From: Bacteroidota bacterium
GTDB lineage: Bacteria > Bacteroidota > Bacteroidia > JABEUT01
Assembly (NCBI GenBank): GCA_013288345.1
Contig: JABDCA010000010.1
Location: 6,340 to 70,339, forward strand
DNA length: 64,000 bases
Direction: 5' to 3'
Shown here: in pieces, positions 33,770-46,200 of the stretch
Layout: the number at the start of each line of letters is the position of its first letter
How positions within the stretch are numbered: position 1 is the first letter of the stretch
Program-made: the position numbers and the translations under genes
Notes under the pieces: generated by a model
The model's input: the letters and a program-made list of their open reading frames with translations, nothing else
Database searches by the model: none
What the model was told of the DNA's origin: nothing

Positions 33770-36700
33770 GTGTTACGCACAAAAAGGTTTTGTTTTACAG
33801 CCATACTTATTTTCTCTCTCCACTTTTCTGCCAACTCGCAATTTTATTCGGGCTCGCAACTTCAGTTCGGTAAAAACAGGGTGCAGTACCAACCTTTTGA
33901 CTGGAACTATTTTGAATTTACCGACTACAAAGTTTATTTCTACATGGGTGGCGATAAAACTGCGCGCTATGTAGGCGAAAAAGGCAAGGAATTCATCAGC
34001 CAGCTTTCTGCTTTTATTGATTATCAACTGCAGAACAAAATTGAATTTATACTTTTCAATAAAGAATCGGAATATGCACAGAGCAACCTTGGCCTCTCTT
34101 CTGATGATCAGTACAACACAGGCGGTGTAAACAAAATTGTTGGCCACAAAGTTATCCTCTACTTTAATGGCGACCACGAGGACCTGAACAAGCAAATGCG
34201 CACAGGTATTGCAGAGGTAATGTTTAACGAAATGATGTTTGGAGGCAGTATTACTAATGTACTGAGAAGTTCTACCTTATTAAATATACCGCCCTGGTTT
34301 GAACAGGGTTTTGTTAACTACGCCGCCAATGGCTGGACACCAGAAATTGACAACCATGTGCGCGATGGTATTGAATCGGGGCGCTACAAAAAATTCAACC
34401 ACCTTACCGGAATGGATGCCACCTACGCTGGTATATCTATATGGAACTACATTGCACAAACCTATGGAGAGACCGTTATACCTAACGTACTGTATTTAAC
34501 ACGCACCAGCCGCAGCATCGAAAGCGCCTTTTTATTTGTGCTTGGTACCAACCTTAAAGGGCTCACTACCGATTGGCTCAATTACTACAAGGCCCAGTAC
34601 AAAAAAGATATTACAGCAGTTGTAGTTCCCAAGGGCAAACCTATTTTAAATAAACCAAAAAATACCCGTACCTATTACCAATTACATGCCAGCCCCGATG
34701 GAAAGTATCTAGTTTATTCGACCAACGAACTGGGGCAAATGAAAGTGTGGTTGTATGATCTGCAAACACACAAGCGTACAAAAATATTCAAGCAAGGGCA
34801 TAAAATTAATCGCGTGCTCGATTACTCATACCCGCTTACAGCATGGCACCCTACAAGTAAATTATTCTCTATCATTCTCGAAGAAAAAGGTAAGCTGATG
34901 TTATATACCTATACTGTTGCCGATAAAAAATTAGAGGGCAGGCGTATTGTAAACTTCCAGAAGATACTTGACTTTTCATATGCCGATGATGGCACCAAGT
35001 TTGCTATGTCGGCAGTGCAGGACGGACAAACCGATATATATGTTTTTACCGCAGCATCAAATGCATTTGAGCAATTAACACATGATGTTTACGATGACCT
35101 TACTCCGCGATTTATAGACCATTCAAACAAAATAATTTTCAGTTCGAATCGCCCTGATGATACTTTAAGGCTTGGCGGCGACTATAAGAACATGCAAAAG
35201 CATCACGATATTTTCGAATACAATTATGTAACTCATTCTGCAGTTCTGCGCCGCATTACAAACACGCCTACTGCCGATGAAACAGAACCTATGGCTTACA
35301 GTTCTACTTATGTATCATACCTGAGCAATGAATCGGGTATTACAAACAGGTACCTTGCATCGGTAGACAGTACTATAAGTTTTGTAGATACCTCAGCACA
35401 TTACCGTTACATAGTTCATTCATTCCCTGTTACCGATTATGCACGCAACATAATTGAGCAGGATATAACCAATACACTACAAAACTATACCGAGGTAATT
35501 TATTACAAAGGCAGATATTGGATGTATAATGATACTATGTCGTTAAACCCCGGAGCCTATACTCCTACCATGCCAAACAATACCACCTTTATGGCCGGAT
35601 GGATTGCAGCACGTAAGAAAAAGGCGAAAGATGATTCACTCGCTCTACTTGCAAAAAATGATACATCAGCTGCTATTGTTGTAAAAATGCCGCCGCCAGT
35701 TACCTTTTCAACTTCACCATTAACGATAGCTCCAATTAAAGACACTGTAATTAAAAAAACAGATACCGTAAAATTCGATCCTGGTCATACGCCTGTCGAT
35801 ATAAATGATTACTCGTTTGATAACAGTCCGCCTCAATTAAAAATAACTGTTTTCTCTACACCTGCAGTGCAACAGCCACAACCGCAAGTTATACAGCAGC
35901 CAATGCCACAGGCACTCATAGTAAAAGACACAGCAAAGCGCGATACCAATCATGGCAGAAAACATGTGCTTGAAAGACAGGATTACCATATCAGTTTTTC
36001 GCCGGACTACGTATTAACACAGGTCAACAATTCTTTTTTAAATGCAACATACCAGCCTTACATTCAAAATACGCCTCCATCTTATCAGCAGCCGTCGGTA
36101 AGTGTATTTGTAAAAGCAAAACTATCTGACCTGTTTGAAGATTACCAGATTGAAGGTGGTGCACGCATAGCGCTCGACCTTAGCAGCAACGAATATATGT
36201 TTACCTATTCCGACCTTTCAAAGCGCCTCGATAAGGAAATTATACTTTACAGGCAAGCGCTTTTAGATATAGCACCAACAGGGTTTTATCCTTTAAATAT
36301 TTATACACACGAAGCTACCTACCAGATAAGATGGCCGTTTAGCGAAGTAGCACGTGTTGAAGGAAGCGCTTCTATACTGCAAACCAAAGGTGTGGAGCTT
36401 TCACAAGATGTGCCCAGCCTGCAGCAAGCCAACCAGTATGATATTATGCCAAAAATAGAAGCTGCTTATGTTTACGATGCTACAATACCTGTAGAATTAA
36501 ATATTAATTATGGTTTCAAGGCCAAAGTATTTGCACAGTATTTCCGCGACCTGGGCGGACCGGGTAATGTGGTAACACCTGCTAATTCAAACATTTATAT
36601 ACTTGGCTTTGATGCACGCTACTACCAAAAAATAAGCCGCGACCTTATATGGGCCAATCGTATTTCAGGAGGAACATCATTTGGGTCGGAGAAACTACTG

Positions 36701-37204
36701 TACTATATGGGCGGTGAAGATGGATGGATAGGCCCGCAGTTCGACAATGACATTAGCGTATCTAATCCGCAAAGCTATGCCTACCAGACTTTGGCAGTGC
36801 CATTGCGCGGGTTTGACGAGAACATACGCAATGGAAATAATTTTGTGTTGTTCAACAGTGAATTAAGGTTCCCTATATTCCATTACCTTATAAATAGGCC
36901 AATTAAATCAGACTTCTTCAACAACTTTCAGGTAATAGGATTCTTTGATGCAGGCACAGCATGGACAGGTGCAACGCCATATTCGAGCGATAATTCGCTT
37001 AACGAAACCATTGTAGGTGCTCAAGGCAACCCTATAACTGTTACCATATCTACCTTACAAGACCCATTTGTTGAAGGTATGGGTTTTGGATTACGCACGC
37101 GTGTACTAGGGTATTTTTTACGCTTCGATGATGCATGGGGAATAAGCAACGGCAACATTGCAAAAACTCCTGTGGCTTACTTCTCGCTGAGCCTCGATTT
37201 TTAA
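33770..37204 (+). CDS. large outer-membrane protein: TolB-like beta-propeller region plus Omp85/BamA-like C-terminal barrel
   Basis: GTG start gives MLRTKRFCFTAILIFSLHFSANSQ. PD40-like blades (ASPDGKYLVYSTNELGQMKVWLYDL; DDGTKFAMSAVQDGQTDIYVF; IIFSSNRPDD). P/Q linker (QQPQPQVIQQPMPQ). The C-terminal region contains GFFDAGTAWTG and ends ...SLSLDF. Confidence 0.65.
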   Translation: MLRTKRFCFTAILIFSLHFSANSQFYSGSQLQFGKNRVQYQPFDWNYFEFTDYKVYFYMGGDKTARYVGEKGKEFISQLSAFIDYQLQNKIEFILFNKESEYAQSNLGLSSDDQYNTGGVNKIVGHKVILYFNGDHEDLNKQMRTGIAEVMFNEMMFGGSITNVLRSSTLLNIPPWFEQGFVNYAANGWTPEIDNHVRDGIESGRYKKFNHLTGMDATYAGISIWNYIAQTYGETVIPNVLYLTRTSRSIESAFLFVLGTNLKGLTTDWLNYYKAQYKKDITAVVVPKGKPILNKPKNTRTYYQLHASPDGKYLVYSTNELGQMKVWLYDLQTHKRTKIFKQGHKINRVLDYSYPLTAWHPTSKLFSIILEEKGKLMLYTYTVADKKLEGRRIVNFQKILDFSYADDGTKFAMSAVQDGQTDIYVFTAASNAFEQLTHDVYDDLTPRFIDHSNKIIFSSNRPDDTLRLGGDYKNMQKHHDIFEYNYVTHSAVLRRITNTPTADETEPMAYSSTYVSYLSNESGITNRYLASVDSTISFVDTSAHYRYIVHSFPVTDYARNIIEQDITNTLQNYTEVIYYKGRYWMYNDTMSLNPGAYTPTMPNNTTFMAGWIAARKKKAKDDSLALLAKNDTSAAIVVKMPPPVTFSTSPLTIAPIKDTVIKKTDTVKFDPGHTPVDINDYSFDNSPPQLKITVFSTPAVQQPQPQVIQQPMPQALIVKDTAKRDTNHGRKHVLERQDYHISFSPDYVLTQVNNSFLNATYQPYIQNTPPSYQQPSVSVFVKAKLSDLFEDYQIEGGARIALDLSSNEYMFTYSDLSKRLDKEIILYRQALLDIAPTGFYPLNIYTHEATYQIRWPFSEVARVEGSASILQTKGVELSQDVPSLQQANQYDIMPKIEAAYVYDATIPVELNINYGFKAKVFAQYFRDLGGPGNVVTPANSNIYILGFDARYYQKISRDLIWANRISGGTSFGSEKLLYYMGGEDGWIGPQFDNDISVSNPQSYAYQTLAVPLRGFDENIRNGNNFVLFNSELRFPIFHYLINRPIKSDFFNNFQVIGFFDAGTAWTGATPYSSDNSLNETIVGAQGNPITVTISTLQDPFVEGMGFGLRTRVLGYFLRFDDAWGISNGNIAKTPVAYFSLSLDF

Positions 37205-37251
37205 GCGGCACCTGAAAATATAGGGCATTATGCACTCACAAACTTCTTTGT

Positions 37252-37259
37252 TATATTTG
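37252..37259 (+). promoter_or_regulatory. -7 box TATATTTG (maeB)
   Basis: Matches TAnnTTTG. 29 nt upstream of ATG 37288. Confidence 0.5.
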
Positions 37260-37287
37260 TTAATCATACTAAACGACAATAAAATTT

Positions 37288-39558
37288 ATGGCAAATAATA
37301 TTAATGATGATGCACTTGAATATCACTCACAGGGAAGGCCAGGCAAAATTGAAGTAATACCTACCAAGCCACACAGCTCGCAACGAGATCTTTCGTTGGC
37401 ATACTCACCCGGTGTTGCTGAGCCTTGTTTAAGGATTGCAGAACATAAGGACGACGTATATAAGTACACTATAAAAGGAAACCTGGTTGCAGTTATTAGT
37501 AACGGAACCGCAGTGCTCGGGCTTGGCGATATTGGCCCTGAGGCATCTAAGCCCGTAATGGAAGGCAAAGGAATTCTATTTAAAATATTTGCTGATATAG
37601 ATGTTTTCGACATAGAGGTAGATGCCAAAGACCCCGAATTGTTTATACAAACGGTTAAAGCCATAGCGCCGACCTTTGGAGGCATTAACCTGGAAGATAT
37701 TAAAGCACCCGAGTGTTTTGAAATAGAAAAAAGACTGAAAGCAGAATTGAATATTCCGCTGATGCACGACGACCAGCATGGTACTGCCATTATATCTGCT
37801 GCTGCATTGATCAACGCATTAGAAATTGCAGGTAAAAAAATTGACGAAGTAAAAATTGTAATAAATGGTGCCGGCGCTTCCGCTATATCATGTGCACGAC
37901 TTTACCTTGCTGTAGGTGCAAAAAAAGAAAACATAATGATGTTCGACAGCAAAGGCTTGCTCGATAAAAGCAGGAAAGACCTTTCGGAAGATAAATTATT
38001 TTTTGTTACCGATAAAAAAGCAAAGGACCTTGGCGATGGTATGAAAGGCGCTGATGTATTTGTAGGCTTATCAAAAGGAAATGTTGTTACACCTGATATG
38101 CTTATGGGCATGAAGGAAAACCCTATTGTATTTGCACTTGCCAACCCCACCCCCGAAATTGCATACCCTGATGCCATGGCAGCTCGTAAAGATATTATTA
38201 TGGCTACAGGGCGTTCTGACTATGCTAACCAGGTAAATAACGTTTTGGGATTCCCATTTATTTTCCGTGGTGCGCTTGATGTAAGGGCCACATGTATTAA
38301 CGAAGCTATGAAAATGGCCGCTGTTTATGCCATTGCAGGGCTAGCAAAGGAACCTGTACCGGAATCAGTAAACCTGGTTTATGGTTCGCGTAACCTTAGC
38401 TTCGGGCCGGAATATATTATACCTAAACCTATTGACCCACGACTTATTTCTACCGTGCCTCCCGCAGTAGCCAAGGCAGCTATTGAATCGGGTGTGGCAC
38501 AACGCAATATTGAAGACTGGGACGCTTATAAGCAAGAACTTATCAAGCGTATGGGATTGGATAATGACTTGTTGAAGAGCATTACGGCCAAAGCAAAACG
38601 CAATCCTAAACGTGTTGTTTTTGCAGAAGCCGATAATTACAAAATATTAAAAGCTGCACAAGAAGTAAAAGATGAAGGCATTGCCAAACCAATTCTGTTG
38701 GGTGACCTTGAAAACATAAAAAAACTGATAGCAGAATACAATCTGAACCTGGAAGATGTACCAATTATAGATCCGCGCTCTGCTGAAGAAGAAGGGAGGC
38801 GTAATTCGTTTGGAGATACTTTATACGAAAAGAGGAAAAGAAAAGGATATACCCAATTTGAATCACGCAAACTGATGCGTGAGCGGAATTATTTTGGCGC
38901 AATGATGGTTGAAACAGGAGTAGCTGATGCATTGATATCGGGTATTTCGCGCAAATATGCCGACCCAATTAAGGCTGCTCTCGAAACCATTGGTGTACAT
39001 CCCGATGCAAAAAGGGTTGCCGGTATGTACATTTTGCTTGCCAAACAGGGGCCATTCTTTTTTGCCGACACCACTATGAATGTTGATCCTTCGGCAGAAG
39101 ACCTGGTAGATATTACTGCCCTTACTGCAAATAGCATCCGTCAGTTCAATATTACACCACGTATTGCCATGTTATCATACTCAAACTTTGGCTCAGTAAA
39201 AGGAGAAATACCCGAAAAGGTAGCTAAGGCAACTGCCATTCTCCACGAAAAATATCCGGGTATGATAGTAGATGGAGATATGCAGGCAAATTTCGCCCTG
39301 AATAACGAGTTACTTAAAGAACAGTTTCCGTTCTCTGATCTGGTAAATAAAAACGTCAATACCCTTATTTTCCCAAACCTGGTTTCGGGCAATATTGCCT
39401 ATAAAATAATGCAGGAAATGGGCGGCCTTGAAGCCATTGGCCCAATATTATTGGGCATGAAAAAACCGGTGCATATATTGCAATTGGGTTGTTCGGTAAG
39501 GGAAATAGTGAACATGGTTACCATAGCCGTAGTGGATGCCCAAACAAGGGGAAAGTAA
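37288..39558 (+). CDS. maeB: NADP-dependent malic enzyme (malic enzyme fused to a PTA-like domain)
   Basis: 756 aa. [23 protein letters not shown] Rossmann motif, and a C-terminal phosphate-acetyltransferase-like half. Confidence 0.95.
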   Translation: MANNINDDALEYHSQGRPGKIEVIPTKPHSSQRDLSLAYSPGVAEPCLRIAEHKDDVYKYTIKGNLVAVISNGTAVLGLGDIGPEASKPVMEGKGILFKIFADIDVFDIEVDAKDPELFIQTVKAIAPTFGGINLEDIKAPECFEIEKRLKAELNIPLMHDDQHGTAIISAAALINALEIAGKKIDEVKIVINGAGASAISCARLYLAVGAKKENIMMFDSKGLLDKSRKDLSEDKLFFVTDKKAKDLGDGMKGADVFVGLSKGNVVTPDMLMGMKENPIVFALANPTPEIAYPDAMAARKDIIMATGRSDYANQVNNVLGFPFIFRGALDVRATCINEAMKMAAVYAIAGLAKEPVPESVNLVYGSRNLSFGPEYIIPKPIDPRLISTVPPAVAKAAIESGVAQRNIEDWDAYKQELIKRMGLDNDLLKSITAKAKRNPKRVVFAEADNYKILKAAQEVKDEGIAKPILLGDLENIKKLIAEYNLNLEDVPIIDPRSAEEEGRRNSFGDTLYEKRKRKGYTQFESRKLMRERNYFGAMMVETGVADALISGISRKYADPIKAALETIGVHPDAKRVAGMYILLAKQGPFFFADTTMNVDPSAEDLVDITALTANSIRQFNITPRIAMLSYSNFGSVKGEIPEKVAKATAILHEKYPGMIVDGDMQANFALNNELLKEQFPFSDLVNKNVNTLIFPNLVSGNIAYKIMQEMGGLEAIGPILLGMKKPVHILQLGCSVREIVNMVTIAVVDAQTRGK

Positions 39559-39601
39559 AAACCCTTATATTTATCGCATATAGGATAAATGATTTGAGGT
39601 T

Positions 39602-40189
39602 ATGTACGCATATTTCGAAGGAACCATTGTAGAAAAAAATCCTGCTTATGCTGTTATAGAATGCAGCGGGGTAGGATATCTCTTAAATATATCGTTAAAC
39701 ACATTTGGCAAAATACCCGAAAGCGGTAAATGCAAGCTTTATGCCCATTTAAGTGTTCGCGAAGATGCCCATGTGCTGTTTGGATTTGCAGATACATCTG
39801 AACGTCAGATGTTTAGAGACCTAATTAGTGTTTCGGGTGTGGGAGAAGTTACTGCCCGCATGATGCTATCATCTATGAACCCGGGTGAAATACAGCAAGC
39901 CATAGTAAATGGTGATGTAAGCAGACTTAAATCAATAAAAGGTATTGGCGAGAAGTCTGCACAGCGCATTATTGTTGACTTACGTAACAAAATGGGCAAA
40001 GAAAGCTTTGGAATATCGCCAAGCATCGTTGGCCCTCACAATAAACTGAAACAGGAAGCGTTAAATGCATTGGAAGTATTGGGATATGCAAGAAATGTTG
40101 CCGAAAAAGCTATTGATAAAACCATTCGCGATGAAGGGGATACCTTATCCTTGGAAGATCTCGTTAAAAGAGTATTGAAAAATTTCTAA
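39602..40189 (+). CDS. ruvA: Holliday junction branch migration complex subunit RuvA
   Basis: 195 aa. MYAYFEGTIVEK...GVGYLLNIS, and helix-hairpin-helix motifs (LISVSGVGEVTARMML, LKSIKGIGEKSAQRI). Confidence 0.9.
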   Translation: MYAYFEGTIVEKNPAYAVIECSGVGYLLNISLNTFGKIPESGKCKLYAHLSVREDAHVLFGFADTSERQMFRDLISVSGVGEVTARMMLSSMNPGEIQQAIVNGDVSRLKSIKGIGEKSAQRIIVDLRNKMGKESFGISPSIVGPHNKLKQEALNALEVLGYARNVAEKAIDKTIRDEGDTLSLEDLVKRVLKNF

Positions 40190-40279
40190 ATTCGTTCCCC
40201 TTATTAATTTAATAATCAAGCTAAACCGACTCTTTTGATGCAGCAATTTTACTCTTTATTTGTTTAGATAAGAGACCCG

Positions 40280-43200
40280 TTGACATTATCAAAAAAATAC
40301 CTGCCTGTTGCAGTAGCAGTAATGCTTTTGCTCGTTTTCAATAAAACGTGGGCAAAAAGTGAGGCACCTGCATTTTCAAAATACAGCGTTACACTGGTGG
40401 TTGATACCCCTCCGGAAACCAATAATGAACCATTAAACTTACCATTCCCTTTTACCGATCAATCAGGAAACGGTATGCCGCTGTATGTACCCGATGGTGG
40501 GTTTATGTTATCGAACCCATCGAACCTTAAAACAGAAATAGAATACAACCCTAAAACAGGTAAGTACGAAATTTACCAGAAAATAGGTGGTATAGATTAC
40601 CGCATGCCTACCGAAATGGATTCGGACCAGTTTATGGATTACATGAACCGTAAATCGGAGCATAGTTATTTTGAACAGAAAGTAAAAACCACAGCTAAAG
40701 AAGAACAGAAAAAAGGACTTATACCACCTATAAAAATTGGCGGCAAATTATTTACCGACATCTTTGGAACACCTTATGTGAATATACGCCCGCAAGGTTC
40801 TGCTGAACTTACTTTCGGGTTTACTAATTCTATATTAGAGAATCCGGCATTACCGGTAATACAGCGAAGCTTAACTACTTTTAACTTCGATGAGAATATA
40901 CAGTTGAATGTTACGGGAGAAATTGGAGATAAGCTCAAACTATCTACCACATACAATACCAAGGCCACATTCAGTTTCCAAAATCAGATGAAATTGAATT
41001 TTAACGGCCACGAAGACGATATTATAAAAAGCATTGATGCAGGTAACATAGCCTTTAACCTTCCGGGAACCCTTATAACAGGCAGCCAGAGCTTGTTTGG
41101 TGTAAAACTTAAAACACAATTCGGAAGGCTGACATCAACTACTGTGTATGCGCAGGAGCAAGGAAATAAGAAAACCATTTCGGTACAAAATGGCGCACAA
41201 ACAACCAATTTCAATGTAAAGTGCGATCAGTACATGGCTAACCAGCACTTCTTCTTATCGCACTTTTTTAGGGACCAATACGATAAGGCATTATCGAACC
41301 CTCCCATTATAAACTCAGGTGTAACTATTACAAAAATTGAGGTATGGATAACCAACACATCGAGTGCCACACAGAACACACGCGATATTGTTGCCCTTAC
41401 AGACTTAGGTGAATCGGAACCATATTTGACCAACAAAGGAAGCGTCTCAATGAACCCTAAATACAATTCAACAAATATCTACCCCCCTGCTGATACATTA
41501 AATTTTGAAAATCCAAGCCAGCTTGAAGGAACATACCCCAGCATAAAAACTCCGGTAACAGCAGTAAGCGGGCTTATTTCAGCTCATCTTACACAAGTTA
41601 CCGATTTCGAAAAAATAGATCTGGCTCGAATGTTATCACCTTCAGAATACACACTGAATGCTAAGCTTGGTTATATATCATTAAAGCAACCTCTCAATTA
41701 TGATCAGGTGGTTGCTGTCGCATACCAGTACACCTACAACGGCGGTGTTTTTCAGGTTGGACAATTTTCAACAGACGGTGTGCCTACTACTAATGAGCTC
41801 ATTGTGAAAATGCTTAAAAGCACTAACGTAAGTCCTACTACTCCTATGTGGCAGTTAATGATGAAAAACATTTACCCGCTTGGATCATACCAGATAAATT
41901 CGCAGAATTTCATGTTGCAGGTTTGGTACTCAAACCCTGCAACCGGTGTAGATATACCTTACCTGCCGGTGGCATCGGGCCCTTTGAAGGGTAATTTACT
42001 ATTACAAGTAATGGGCCTCGATCAGTTAGATGCAGAAGGTGATAAAGTTCCGGATGGAGTATTTGACTTTGTAAACGGAGTAACTATTGATGCTGCAAAT
42101 GGTTTGGTAATATTCCCAAGCGTTGAACCCTTTGGTTCGTACCTGAGCAAAAAATTTGCTACCGATCATTATACTACTACCGATGCACAACCTTACATCT
42201 TTCAATCGTTGTATGACTCGGTATTAACGGCAGCGCAACAGCAGCCTAACCTTGACAGATATTGGATACGGGGCTCCTTCCAGTCCTCGGTCAGTTCCGA
42301 CATATCGCTCGGTGCATTAAACGTGCCTCAGGGCTCGGTGTTGGTTACAGCAGGCGGAATAAAACTTACAGAGAATGTTGATTATACTGTTGACTACACA
42401 TTGGGCCGCGTAAAAATATTGAACCAGGGCTTATTGAGTTCGGGCACGCCTATACAGGTATCGTTAGAGAATAATGCATTGTTCAGCATACAATCTAAAA
42501 CCTATTTCGGGCAGCACTTCGATTACATGGTATCGAAAGATTTTAACCTTGGCGCTACGGTTGTAAATTATACCGAACACCCGCTTACACAAATTGTAAG
42601 CATTGGGCAGGAGCCTGTTTCAAATACCATGATAGGGCTTAATGAAGATTTTAAAACACCAGCACCATGGCTTACCGATGCAATAGATAAATTACCTTTT
42701 ATAAGAACCAAAGCACCATCAGAAATTACTTCAAGCACAGAGATTGCAGCAATGATACCCGGCCACCCGGCATATATTGGTACCACAGGCAATGCTTACA
42801 TTGACAACTTTGAAGGAAGCGAAAGTTTTATTGATATATCGCAACCCTATTCGTGGTCTATTGCCAGTATACCGCAAGGGCAGCCAACATTATTTCCGGA
42901 AGCTGCACCCATAAGCACCACCAATACTTCAGCAGGGTTTAACAGGTCGAAGGTGGCATGGTATGTAGTAGATCCACTCTTTCAACAGCAGACAGCAGGG
43001 CTAACTCCGGGTAGCGAAACAGCAACAGATATGTCTGACAACTTTAGCCGTATGATATTACAAACTGAAGTTTTCCCTAACGAGCAATCGGCTACAGGAA
43101 CGCCGCTTAACCTTGCTGCGCTGAATGTTGGATTCTATCCGCAATACAGAGGGCCATATAACTATGATACTGCGAACGTAAATCCGGCGGATGGAACATT

Positions 43201-46200
43201 CCTGAATACTCAAGCCAAATGGGGCGGCATACAGCGGTCAATACAGGAGACAGACTTTGAAGCAAACAATATTGGGTTTATTGAATTCTGGATGATGGAC
43301 CCGTATAACTCTGATAACAGTGCTACGGCTACAGGCGGCAACCTACAAGGGCCAAATAACAGCGGCTCATTATACTTCGATCTGGGTGATGTATCGGAAG
43401 ATGTGATACCCGATGGGCTAAAAAGTTTTGAAAACGGATTACCCACCAATGCAGCCGATGCAGCCGATTCTACCAATATTAATAACCCATGGACACAAAC
43501 AAAATGGGGGCATGTTCCGGTAAATCCTTCATTGGTAAATGCATTTGACAATAACACTGCATCGCGTCCATTTCAGGATATCGGGCTCGATGGTTTATCA
43601 GATGCACAGGAGCAGTCTTTCTTTGGTAAGTATCTGAATACAATGGCCAGGATGTACGGAACTTCTTCTGCCGCATATATAAATGCAAATAACGATCCAT
43701 CATCCGACGATTACCATTACTACAGAGGAGATGATTATGACAATACTGCTAAAACTGTATTGAACCGTTACATGGCCTATAACGGAATGGAGGGCAACTC
43801 ACCAACAGAAGGGCAATATGTAAGTCAAAACTCCGGTGGTTATCCTACAACACAAACCACCCTGCCCAATACCGAGGATATTAACCAGGATAATACTTTA
43901 AGTACCGATGAAACCTATTATGAGTACCAGGTAAAATTTGATAAAAGAGATATAAACCCCGCTAATGTGGGTAATAACTTTATTACAAATGCTTTTTTAG
44001 CGCCGGCTGCATCAACCCCCAATGGCAACAAGCAGGTTTACTGGTACCAGTTCAAAATTCCTATTTCGGAGTTTGTAACTAAGGTAGGCCCTATATCCGA
44101 TTTTAAATCGATACGTTTTATACGTATGTATTTTAAAGGTTTTGATAAACCGGTAATGTGCCGCTTTGCAAAACTGGAATTAGTGCGTGATGACTGGCGC
44201 AAATTTTCAGGCACCCTATTAGCCCCGGGCAACTATTTGCCAAACAACAACAACCTTACCACATTTAATATGTATGGTGTTAACCTCGAAGAGAATGCCA
44301 GCCGTACACCTGTAAACTATGTAATTCCGCCGGGTATACAAAGGCAGTTGAATTTGCAATCTGCTAACCTGGTGCAGGAGAATGAAGGATCATTGGCATT
44401 ACAACTTTGTAATTTGCAAGACGGTGATGCACGCGGTGTATATAAAAATGTGCAGCTCGATTTACGCGCTTACAAAAATCTGCAAATGTTTGTTCACTGC
44501 GAATCGGCTGACCCTGCACATTTATTAAAGACAGGAGATGTAACTGCATTCATCCGGATAGGAAGCGATTTTACAAATAACTACTACGAATACGAAGTGC
44601 CATTGCAGGTTACACCAACAGGTAGTTACAGTACCAATAATGCAAATGATCAGGAATCTGTTTGGCCACAGGCAAACCAAATGGACATTATACTTACCAA
44701 CCTTGAGAATGCAAAACTTAAGCGCGATGCTGCAATGGGTAGCAATACGTCGGCATTGTCGCTTGAAATACCTTACACTGTTAAAGATGGCAACAATAAT
44801 ATAACCGTTGTAGGTAACCCTACCATTAGTAACGTGCAGGTAATAATGTTAGGTGTACGTAACCCCAAGCAAACATCATCATCAGTGGGGGATGATGGTC
44901 AACCTAAATGTACAGAAGTATGGTTTGATGAATTGCGCATGACCAATTTCTCTGAAAAAGGTGGATGGGCCGCTATAACAAGAGAAACAGCCAAACTGGC
45001 TGACTGGGGTACACTATCTGTAGCAGGAAACATTTCAACACCGGGGTTTGGAAGCTTAGAAACTACAGTGGGCAATTTGAGTCGTGAAACAGATGTTGGC
45101 TATACAGTTGCTACAAACCTTGAAATGGGCAAACTGCTTCCGCCAAGCTTGAACATAAGCATACCTACTTATTTAAGTTATGGGCGACAATATATAATAC
45201 CTGAATATAATCCATTAGATCCTGATATTTTATTAAGCCAGTCGCTTGCTAATTTGTCGAAAGATTCGGCCAATAATTTAAGTAACGAGGTGTTGACAAT
45301 AACCACCCAAAAAAGTGTGAACTTTACCAATGTGCATGTAAACAAGGGTAAAAATGCCAAGAAGAGCCATTTTTACGACATTCAGAATTTTGCAGCAACC
45401 TATGCCTATACCGAACAGGATCATACCGATATAAATACCATACACAGTTATACGCGAGACTATAAAGGTGCACTTACCTATTCCTATTCCTTCAAACCAA
45501 AGGCTATACAACCACTCATAAAATCAGAGTTCTTTAAAAAGAGCAAATACCTCGCTTTAATACGCGATTTTAATTTCTACCCAATGCCTGATAAATTGAG
45601 TGTATCAGCGAATATAGACAGAGGGTATAATGACTTTCAGTTACGGGTTATTATACCCGGGGCCGATATTGTATTGCCCGATGACGTGAGTAAAACATTT
45701 AACTTAATACGTAATTATAATTTTGTTTACCCAATTACAAAATCTATAAAGTTCGATTACACTGCCACCAACGATTCACGTGTTATGGAACCCGAGGGCA
45801 GGCCTATTACACAACAATCAGACAGGGATAGTGTAAAGCAGGCCTTTTTAACACGCCAGGAGAATACCGATTTTAAGCAAACTGAAAATTTAAGTTATGA
45901 TATACCCATAAACAAACTGCCTTACCTCGATTTTATAACAGCAAGCGCACGCTATACCGCCAACTACGAATGGATGCACGCACCGTTTGCACAACCTGAC
46001 CTTGGATCTACTATTCAGAATTCGAACACACAGCAAATAAACGGGCAGCTAAATATGACCATGCTTTATAATAAAATTCCTTTCTTTAAAAAATACCTGC
46101 AAGATGATAAACAAAAGCCCGGTGGTGGCAGGCCGCAGCCAGGCAGAACAGGCCCTTTGAACAAAGGCCAGAAACCTGTGGTGCAAACCCAACATACACT

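Noticed and set aside
37323-37814. 163-aa minus-strand ORF inside maeB. Similar long antisense ORFs occur at 14099-14527, 33773-34195, 47209-47637 and 49468-49878.
   Set aside because: All are fully contained in strongly supported genes on the opposite strand and show no recognisable motifs, so they are shadow ORFs.
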